From Nostoc sp. PCC 7120 = FACHB-418 (lineage in GTDB: Bacteria; Cyanobacteriota; Cyanobacteriia; Cyanobacteriales; Nostocaceae), in contig NC_003272.1 in the NCBI RefSeq assembly GCF_000009705.1, positions 5,100,001-5,132,000 on the forward strand: 32,000 nt of DNA. Direction: 5' to 3'. The position numbers and the translations under genes are program-made. Numbering within the stretch: position 1 is the stretch's first letter; every line of letters begins with the position of its first letter. Shown here piece after piece: positions 8,536 through 15,551 of this stretch. The notes under the pieces were generated by a model. The model saw only the letters and a list, made by a program, of their open reading frames with translations. It was not told where the DNA came from and did no database searches.

Positions 8536-9246
8536 TTGAAAGTTAGCCATAGTTTGCAAGCAAAAGACATTAAGGACAAACTCCATTCCCTCATTGAGCA
8601 GTCATCATCCATAGACCCCAATTTAGCCAGAAGATTGGATGAAATTAATCGTTGGGTAAAAAATATCAAGCCAGGTTCTCTGACAGCAAAACCCTATGTC
8701 TTGGCATTTCTTTTAGAGGTAATTACCGACTCTACCATCTGGCTGATACTGAAATCATTACCTTCCCCTGAAGAACAACAAGCAAAATTTGCCCAGATGA
8801 CTGCTAATGAAAGATATTGGTACGGTTATCTGTTTCCCAAATGGATTAATGCTAGTGACTCCAAGTTCTACATTTGGAAACAAAAATTGATGGCAGGAGA
8901 GTTTAATCAAGGCGATGATGATATCATTAAATCAATAGCGCAAGATATTGCCAGTCGAGACGGGAGTTTTTGGCAGCGCTACATCGCAGACCTTTCGATG
9001 GCAACGGATTTAATCGTTAGTAATCATCACCAACAACCATTGTGTATTCAAGTTACCAGCGTCAGTAAAGAATTGCATCAACAAAAATACCAGGCTTGGG
9101 AAAACACATTGCGATCGTGGGAAATACAAAGAGGGTTATTTTTGAGTTACAACCCTCAAGACGCTAATTTTGTCAACCAGTTAGTTAATGTAGCACTTTA
9201 TAACAGTGATTACCTTGCTGGTGGTAAGTACTTAAATTTCTCTTAA
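8536..9246 (+). CDS. Hypothetical protein, 236 aa, no recognised family
   Basis: A long open frame follows a 600-bp AT-rich non-coding region. The only start codon near the 5' end is TTG at 8536, and the frame opens at 8515. The first in-frame ATG is about 85 codons in. Confidence 0.55.
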   Translation: MKVSHSLQAKDIKDKLHSLIEQSSSIDPNLARRLDEINRWVKNIKPGSLTAKPYVLAFLLEVITDSTIWLILKSLPSPEEQQAKFAQMTANERYWYGYLFPKWINASDSKFYIWKQKLMAGEFNQGDDDIIKSIAQDIASRDGSFWQRYIADLSMATDLIVSNHHQQPLCIQVTSVSKELHQQKYQAWENTLRSWEIQRGLFLSYNPQDANFVNQLVNVALYNSDYLAGGKYLNFS

Positions 9247-9317
9247 TTATCTTGAAAGTCCGATACTCAAAACTTCTGCTGTCAACTATCTAATTTATCT
9301 GCCCATTAAAGCTTGAT

Positions 9318-9770
9318 ATGGCTAATCAAAGAGAAACTAATAGCTACACAAATCAGGTGGACGAATTTACAGAAGCATTAGCAACAGCCAGAAAAATGCA
9401 GGAAGACTGGCTCAATTATGGGATAAATTTCATCCACATTTACGTTGAAGATGCTCACGGAGATTGGTTAGAAACATGGGGAGATGAAGAAATATTTACT
9501 AGTTCAGTACTAAGTAAAATCAAAGAATTTTTGATCAGCGATGATAATGTAGCTCTCAGGTTAAGAAGACATTTAGGCGATGACCTACAGTCGGTGGAAT
9601 GCCATCGTTCACTATTTGATATAGCAGTCAACCTAGAAGAATGCTGGCAATATCCAACAGAACAAAGGTTAACTGCTATCAAGCATCTATTAGCTAACGA
9701 TAAAAATTCTGAGATTGCTATTTTGGATTTAGCGAATAGTTTGGTACAGAAATTATCGGAAATTCTGTAA
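9318..9770 (+). CDS. Hypothetical acidic protein, 150 aa, no recognised family
   Basis: It has an ATG start 72 nt downstream of the preceding ORF on the same strand. My hand count gives about 27 D/E against about 13 K/R. No TM segment or signal peptide is present. Confidence 0.6.
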   Translation: MANQRETNSYTNQVDEFTEALATARKMQEDWLNYGINFIHIYVEDAHGDWLETWGDEEIFTSSVLSKIKEFLISDDNVALRLRRHLGDDLQSVECHRSLFDIAVNLEECWQYPTEQRLTAIKHLLANDKNSEIAILDLANSLVQKLSEIL

Positions 9771-9783
9771 AAAACTTCAGATA

Positions 9784-10221
9784 CTAGCGGCGAATAGGTA
9801 TAGCCTGTAATTGTTCTACATGGTTTTTAAATATATACCATGTTTGATTTGTGCGATTGCAAGGTAATGGTTTCTCAAAAGTCACTGTATAGTAATCTTT
9901 GACTTTTTCCACCCGATTCCCTTCACGGTACTCGGCATTATTATTACGATTATCGCTAATAGAAGAGACAAAAAACTTTTCTCCCGTCCTCACGCCACAT
10001 TTTTTGTTATTGTCTGTAATTTCCGTTGACTGGCGAAACCAATTCTCTTGCAACTTAAAAGTTGTACCGCCAGCAACCGTAACCCTTAAAATCCTAATCA
10101 CGGGAACACTAGTGGTTTGGGGGTAAGCGGCCTGAGGAATTATTACACCCAAAGAAGCACCGACAATACTTAAGCAACAAATTAATTTTTGGGGATGCAG
10201 CCTGAAATTACCAATAAGCAT
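9784..10221 (-). CDS. Hypothetical secreted or periplasmic protein, 145 aa
   Basis: The N-terminal signal-like segment is KLICCLSIVGASLGVIIPQAAYPQ. The mature part is polar and N/K/R-rich with two Cys residues. It converges on the 9318-9770 gene with only 13 nt between the stop codons. Confidence 0.6.
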   Translation of the reverse strand: MLIGNFRLHPQKLICCLSIVGASLGVIIPQAAYPQTTSVPVIRILRVTVAGGTTFKLQENWFRQSTEITDNNKKCGVRTGEKFFVSSISDNRNNNAEYREGNRVEKVKDYYTVTFEKPLPCNRTNQTWYIFKNHVEQLQAIPIRR

Positions 10222-10424
10222 GGAAAATACCTGTTTTTACGTATACACAAAGGTTTTTATTGCATGATTTTACACTAATCTCGAATATGATCCAGATGCC
10301 TGGGGAGTCGTGATAGATGAAAAAATCATTTTTGTGGCTATGTAACTACAAAAAATTTATACATCTTTCCGGATTTCCTCTAGGAGAGTTTTCTTCAGCG
10401 CAACAGAACTGCTCAAATTATTGG

Positions 10425-13400
10425 CTACTTGATAGGGATTTCTATCAAAAATTCCGAACCTTTACCTAATTCAGAAATACACTTAATTTGCCCGCCGTGT
10501 TTTTCTACAACAATTTGATAGCTAATAGACAAACCTAAACCAGTACCTTGTCCTGGTTCTTTGGTAGTGAAAAACGGTTCAAAAATCCGCGATCGCATTT
10601 CTTCGGGAATCCCACAACCATTATCAGCAATGCAAATTAACACTGTATTATTATTGATGAATTTCGTACTAATTTTAATTTGTGGTGTATCTACTATTTC
10701 ACCTATCAATCTTGACTTTTCTAGTGCATCGATTGCATTATTGATGATATTCATGAATGCTTGATTCATTTGGGCTGCATAGCAGAGAATTCCAGGTAAA
10801 TCACCATATTCTTTGATTACTTCAATCTCCACAATATTAGTATTTGCTTGCAAGCGATGTTGTAATATCAGCAGAGTACTATCAATACCTTCATGGAGAT
10901 TCACCATTTTCGTTTCTGCTTCGTTAAGTCGAGCAAAAATCCTTAGTGATAAGACTAATTGAGAAATGCGCTCTGCACCAAATTTTATGGAACTGAGAAT
11001 TTTCGCTACATCATCAGTAATAAAGTCTAAATCTAATGCTGTTATCTGTTCTTGGATTTCTGCTTTTGGTTTAGGATAGTTTTTTTGATAAATATGCAGC
11101 AATTGAAATAAATTCTCGATGTGTTCAGTAACATAAGTGATGTTACCGTAAATAAAACTAATGGGATTGTTGATTTCGTGTGCAATACCCGCCACTAGTT
11201 GTCCTAAACCAGCCATTTTTTCACTTTGAATTAACTGGCTTTGAGTCACCTGTAATTCTTTGAGTGTTTGAGTGATTTCTTCCTTTTGACGATGTGTTTG
11301 TTCGAGTAATTCTGCTTGCTGGAGTCCTACACCTAATTGATTAGCAATCTGCACTAGTAAATCTACTTCCTCCTCTTGCCAATCACGGGGTTGAGTATTT
11401 TGATAAGCAGCTAGTAATCCCCACAGTCTTTCGCCTTGGAAAATTGGCACAACTATATATGCTCTGGCTTCCATCGCTTCGATGAGGGCAATATGGTATC
11501 TAGAATAATCTTGGCTGTAAATGTCTTTAACAACTAGAATTTTACCGTTGATAAAATATTCACCTTGAGTTTTTTGCAAGTAATCGTCTGCAATCACAGT
11601 GAGAAGTTTACTGACTGGTGTCCAACCATTACCCAAGGATTCAGCGACAAATTCCCCACTCCAATCAGGTTGGAAACGGTAAATAATTACGCGATCAACT
11701 TCCAATAATCGTCGGACTTCTTGAGTACTAGTAGCAAAGATAGTATTTAAATCAAGAGAACGGCGAATTTTCTCTACTGTAGCTGCTAATGCTTTTTCTC
11801 TCTCTGCTGCTTTGCGTTCTCGTGCGGCGGCTTTAGCCAATTGTGCAGCCTGCACCTGTAACTGTTGCAAGGTTTCTGCTTGCTGTAAGGCTACACCTAG
11901 CTGTATACCAACTTGAGCCAATAAGTTAATTTCTTCATCCTGCCAATAACGGGGTTGGGAGTTTTGATAGGCTACTAGCAAACCCCATAACTTATCCCCT
12001 TGAGAAATAGGAACAAAAACTTCATTCCGTGCATATTTACCTGCTTGTGTTTCTTGGAGCAGTAGACGTTCTGTAACAGCTTGTGGCTTAACTACGGGTG
12101 TCCAACCATCAACAATGGAATCGGCGACAAATTCACCACTCCAGTCGGGGTAAAAGCGATAAATTGCTACCCGCTCTACACCTAATAAACTTAGCACTTC
12201 TTGAGTGGCAGTTTTAAAGATGGTATCAAGGTCAAGAGAACGGCGAATTTTCTCTACAGTGTTAGCCAGCGCTCTTTGTCGTTCAGCAGCTTTAGCAATT
12301 TCGGTTGCTTGAGTTTGCATTTGCTGTAGATTTTCGGCTTGCTGCAATGCTACACCTAACTGGGTGCTGACTTGAGTAAGTAAGTATACCTCATCATCTT
12401 GCCAATCACGTATGCCTGTATTTTGATAGATTGCTAATAAGCCCCAAAGTTTTTGACCGTGGTAAATAGCAATAATTACATAAGCTCTAGCTTGATAAGT
12501 TTCTAATACTTTGATGTAGCAGTCGCTAAAGCCTGCATTATAAATATCATTACAGACACGGTAAATTTCACATTTGGTGAAGCTACCACCTCTGGTTTCT
12601 TGTAAGTAAGTATCTACTACTGGGGTAGATGCTAAATCTTTGGCGCTACATTCGCTGACGTTCTTTCGTAATTCCGGTTGCTTTTCTTGTTCATCTATCA
12701 AAGAAATCCAACCATCAGCCAAAGATTCAAAGACAAATTCACCACTCCAATCTGGATTGAAACGGTAAATGGCTACACGGTCAGCATTCACTAGCTTTCT
12801 AATTTCTATGGTACTAGTGCGAAAAATGCTTTCTAAATCAAGGGATTGGCGAATTTTCTCGATAGCGATCGCCATACTTCTTTGCCATTCTGCGGCTGTT
12901 ACTCTAGCCTTGGCTTGTGCTAGTTGTGCTGATTGTGCTTTTACCTGTTCTAGATAATCTGCTTGCTGTAAAGCCACTCCCAAATGTTCAGCAATCAATT
13001 GCACAAACTCAATTTCTGATGCTTCCCATTGTCGAGGAGTACTACACTGATGAACACATAATAATCCCCACAACTCTTTTCCTTTTATTAAAGGAGCAGC
13101 TACGTTAGCACGTACTTGCAACTTTTCCAGCATCTGAATGTGATCATCACTAATTCCCGCTTGGTAGATATTATCTATTGCCTTGATTGTGCCTTGCTGA
13201 TAAGGTTGAGCAAATTCCTCAGCAAAGCAGTCATAGCCTGGGGTATGGGATAGTCCATCGCTTAATTCGGATGTCAACACTGAAATCCATTCAGAACCCA
13301 CATCTTCATAAATAAATTCCCCTTCCCATCTCAACTCAGGATAGAAACGGAATACTCCTACCCGATCAGCATTTAATAATTGACGCACTTCCGTAACGGT

Positions 13401-13535
13401 AATTTGGAATATTATTTCTATGTCCAGAGACTGGCGAATCCGACTAACTACCCCCGAAAGAGCTGTCTTCATATCTGGTTGAGATTCTCGCTCACAAGTT
13501 GTTTGTATGGGTTGTACCGTAGAAGAGTTTTCCAT
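10425..13535 (-). CDS. Multi-GAF sensor histidine kinase with four tandem GAF modules, HisKA and HATPase_c
   Basis: The module ...EKIR(Q/R)SLDL..IF...[22 protein letters not shown]...GW... is repeated four times. Each module ends in LWGLL.(A/V).Q and a coiled LQQAE..EQ linker. The H-box is [13 protein letters not shown], the N box [10 protein letters not shown]1 DNGCGIP and G2 GTGLGLSIS. Confidence 0.9.
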   Translation of the reverse strand: MENSSTVQPIQTTCERESQPDMKTALSGVVSRIRQSLDIEIIFQITVTEVRQLLNADRVGVFRFYPELRWEGEFIYEDVGSEWISVLTSELSDGLSHTPGYDCFAEEFAQPYQQGTIKAIDNIYQAGISDDHIQMLEKLQVRANVAAPLIKGKELWGLLCVHQCSTPRQWEASEIEFVQLIAEHLGVALQQADYLEQVKAQSAQLAQAKARVTAAEWQRSMAIAIEKIRQSLDLESIFRTSTIEIRKLVNADRVAIYRFNPDWSGEFVFESLADGWISLIDEQEKQPELRKNVSECSAKDLASTPVVDTYLQETRGGSFTKCEIYRVCNDIYNAGFSDCYIKVLETYQARAYVIIAIYHGQKLWGLLAIYQNTGIRDWQDDEVYLLTQVSTQLGVALQQAENLQQMQTQATEIAKAAERQRALANTVEKIRRSLDLDTIFKTATQEVLSLLGVERVAIYRFYPDWSGEFVADSIVDGWTPVVKPQAVTERLLLQETQAGKYARNEVFVPISQGDKLWGLLVAYQNSQPRYWQDEEINLLAQVGIQLGVALQQAETLQQLQVQAAQLAKAAARERKAAEREKALAATVEKIRRSLDLNTIFATSTQEVRRLLEVDRVIIYRFQPDWSGEFVAESLGNGWTPVSKLLTVIADDYLQKTQGEYFINGKILVVKDIYSQDYSRYHIALIEAMEARAYIVVPIFQGERLWGLLAAYQNTQPRDWQEEEVDLLVQIANQLGVGLQQAELLEQTHRQKEEITQTLKELQVTQSQLIQSEKMAGLGQLVAGIAHEINNPISFIYGNITYVTEHIENLFQLLHIYQKNYPKPKAEIQEQITALDLDFITDDVAKILSSIKFGAERISQLVLSLRIFARLNEAETKMVNLHEGIDSTLLILQHRLQANTNIVEIEVIKEYGDLPGILCYAAQMNQAFMNIINNAIDALEKSRLIGEIVDTPQIKISTKFINNNTVLICIADNGCGIPEEMRSRIFEPFFTTKEPGQGTGLGLSISYQIVVEKHGGQIKCISELGKGSEFLIEIPIK

Positions 13536-13673
13536 TCCCTGTAGGACTTAAAATATCGCAAGGCCTTCTATCTCAGAGTTCCCCGAAGGAGGAGAAATGT
13601 AACAAGTAGAGAGTGGGGTGCAGAGGAGCAGGTGGAAAAACTAATGACTATTGACGAATGACACCCACAGAAA

Positions 13674-13709
13674 CATAAAAATTTAGGGACACGATAGAAT
13701 CATGTCCCT
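13674..13709 (-). terminator. Intrinsic terminator for the petN / small-ORF transcript
   Basis: On the minus strand the stem agggaca/tgtccct (13685-13691 paired with 13703-13709) is followed by AAATTTTTA. It lies 46 nt after the small-ORF stop. Confidence 0.5.
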
Positions 13710-13754
13710 GGAAGAAGATTTTTGTAAAACTGCGTTCAATTTGTCGCTTGAGAA

Positions 13755-13916
13755 TTATCGCCGTTTGGGAGTGCTGCTTCGGAGTGTGCGCTTTTCATTT
13801 TCTCGAAGACGGCGATCGCGCCAGTCTGCTACCGTTAAATAAACAACGCCACCTGTAACAGATAGTAACAGCACTAAGGCGACTAGAGCCAAAATACTTA
13901 GGAATGGACTTTCCAC
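13755..13916 (-). CDS. Small single-pass membrane protein, 53 aa, absent from the ORF track
   Basis: My hand translation of the minus strand from GTG at 13916 gives MESPFLSILALVALVLLLSVTGGVVYLTVADWRDRRLRENEKRTLRSSTPKRR. It begins 7 nt after the petN stop. A hydrophobic helix is followed by a strongly basic tail. Confidence 0.4.
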   Translation of the reverse strand: MESPFLSILALVALVLLLSVTGGVVYLTVADWRDRRLRENEKRTLRSSTPKRR

Positions 13917-13923
13917 GATTCCC

Positions 13924-14013
13924 CTATAGTCCGTTACGTCCCCAAACTACCATCGCAATCGACCAAGTAAACACAACTAACAGTGATACCCAACCAAGTG
14001 TCAAAATCGCCAT
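13924..14013 (-). CDS. petN: Cytochrome b6f complex subunit VIII (PetN), 29 aa, absent from the ORF track
   Basis: My hand translation gives [29 protein letters not shown]. This matches the conserved PetN pattern (...VVFT.S...VVWGR.GL). Confidence 0.93.
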   Translation of the reverse strand: MAILTLGWVSLLVVFTWSIAMVVWGRNGL

Positions 14014-14063
14014 AGTCTCTCTTTGGAAATTATTTACAAAATGTCTCTACTATTTATCATACT

Positions 14064-14098
14064 GGGGACTGGGTATTGGGGATTGGGTATTGGGCAAT
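14064..14098. repeat. STRR heptamer tract of five GGGGACT/GGGTATT/GGGGATT units
   Basis: Five consecutive 7-nt units are read directly between petN and the 14120 ORF. Confidence 0.8.
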
Positions 14099-14119
14099 TT
14101 TCTCATGTTCCATCTCTAG

Positions 14120-14611
14120 TTGATCGCTGCTGTGAGTCCAAGATTTATCATGAATAGAATTTTTGATGAGCCAGTAATGGCTGAACGGATAGAATCCATT
14201 AAGGCTGGTATGATTGGCGGATTTTCGCTGGGTTTGGCTTTTATTGTCACCAGTTTGCTGAATACTCTAGTTTTGGCAAAGTATTTTCCCACACTCGTAA
14301 GTCTGCAAATAGATGTTAACTTGTCTTGGTTTTTGAGTGGAGCGATCGCTGGTTTCTCTGGTTTATTATTTGGTATTACTTACCGCTATATTATCCGCAC
14401 AGATCAAAATTCTCATCTGAAAGATGGTGCTGTGATGGCTTTTGGTTTGGTGCGGGGATTAACTCAGGTAGAAATGGGGTGGAGTAGCAGCAACACAATT
14501 TTACCTTGTATAGTCATGGCTAGTGAAAGTATATTGTGGTTTGCGACGGCAGCGATCGCTCTTGATCTGGCTATCCAACTCGGTTGGGTGAAATCTTTTC
14601 CATCAAGTTAA
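14120..14611 (+). CDS. Hypothetical integral membrane protein with about 4 TM segments
   Basis: Hydrophobic segments include GMIGGFSLGLAFIVTSLLNTLVL, WFLSGAIAGFSGLLFGI and ILWFATAAIALDLAI. The ORF track starts at TTG 14120, and ATG at 14150 is an alternative start. Confidence 0.65.
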   Translation: MIAAVSPRFIMNRIFDEPVMAERIESIKAGMIGGFSLGLAFIVTSLLNTLVLAKYFPTLVSLQIDVNLSWFLSGAIAGFSGLLFGITYRYIIRTDQNSHLKDGAVMAFGLVRGLTQVEMGWSSSNTILPCIVMASESILWFATAAIALDLAIQLGWVKSFPSS

Positions 14612-15331
14612 TTACAATTCAGCAACCAGTGATTTTGTCACTTCTTCCAACACTTTTAGTCCCCGCAGGGAACCTTGAATTAGCCTAGCGGCTGCAATAG
14701 GTTGACCCAGGAATCTTAATGCTAAGGATAAAGGTTGTAGAGAACCGTCGGGATTGATGGCTGCTGTGATGTCAGGGATATTGTGATGGCAATCATCGCT
14801 AACTACCCTAAGCATAGCTACTGCTACACCAGATCCATTGAAATACTCTAGGGTAGTAAATCCTTCCATATCAACGACATCAGCACCTAAGGTTTTGCCA
14901 AGATATTGTTTTTCTGAAGCAGAGCAAATAACGCGATCGCTTGTCAATGACTTAACTAACTTCAGTGTTGGATAATGAGTTTTTAGTGCTGAGTGTATTT
15001 CTATAGTGAAAGCAAAATCGCAGATTTGCAATTGTTCCTGATAAATACAACTTTCATACAACACCACATTCCCAATACAATCTTGCGGGGTTAAGCTGCC
15101 ACATAGACCCACAACCAAGACTTTTGGTTGTAAATAACCGGTAGAGTATTCCTGCTTTGGCAATTGTTGGAGGTATTTTGTTAACGGCTTTTTACCTACT
15201 GGCACTGGTATAATTTTAGGCGTTTTACCAGTGACTCGACTTAAGCCGCGACACACAGCCATGTATTCAGAACCTTGTGGCACAAGAATTGTGTTGATAG
15301 TCAAGTCGCTTCGCTCCAATTCAAAATTCAA
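14612..15331 (-). CDS. Nucleoside phosphorylase/nucleosidase superfamily protein, a likely hopanoid-associated phosphorylase (HpnG-like)
   Basis: PNP/UDP-1-like features include an N-terminal beta-strand ILVPQGSEY, the segments VVGLCGSL and VVDMEGF, and a length of about 230 aa. The assignment is helped by hpnA and hpnH lying nearby. The first residues (NFEL) are encoded by an STRR tract, so the true start is probably TTG at 15304. Confidence 0.65.
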   Translation of the reverse strand: MNFELERSDLTINTILVPQGSEYMAVCRGLSRVTGKTPKIIPVPVGKKPLTKYLQQLPKQEYSTGYLQPKVLVVGLCGSLTPQDCIGNVVLYESCIYQEQLQICDFAFTIEIHSALKTHYPTLKLVKSLTSDRVICSASEKQYLGKTLGADVVDMEGFTTLEYFNGSGVAVAMLRVVSDDCHHNIPDITAAINPDGSLQPLSLALRFLGQPIAAARLIQGSLRGLKVLEEVTKSLVAEL

Positions 15332-15348
15332 AATTCAAAATTCAAAAT
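15321..15348. repeat. STRR heptamer tract of four TCAAAAT units
   Basis: Four perfect units lie at 15321-15348. The complementary family (TTTTGAA) recurs at 27983-28005. Confidence 0.85.
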
Positions 15349-15551
15349 TAAAGACAATTAGTGGGAGCTTGTTGGCGTAGCCTTGCCGCAGGCTATTTTG
15401 CATTTTGAATTCAAAAAAGGCCATTAGTCAGTTGTCAATAGTTTACCCTTACACCCCTGCTCTGTACTCCGCTTACTCTTCGACTCGCAAAGTGTCAAGG
15501 ATTACTGTAGCATGACAATTAAATGTGTCTTCCGCCTGATGAATTTCCAAG

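Noticed and set aside
7521-10588. Calling the 7.9-10.4 kb patch a horizontally acquired island on compositional grounds
   Set aside because: The base composition of the ORFs is only slightly more AT-rich than neighbouring genes. No tRNA, integrase or flanking direct repeats are present. HIP1-free gaps of about 2 kb also occur in clearly native genes.
13900-13920. The sequence GTGGAAAGTCCATTCC on the minus strand resembles the conserved GGAAAGUCC core of RNase P RNA
   Set aside because: Only the short core matches. The flanking sequence lacks the P4 and other conserved helices, and the region is better explained by the small ORF start.
13904-14119. A 71-aa plus-strand ORF
   Set aside because: It is antisense to petN, which is unambiguous. 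Its C-terminal half is simply the translation of an STRR heptamer tract (WGLGIGDWVLG).
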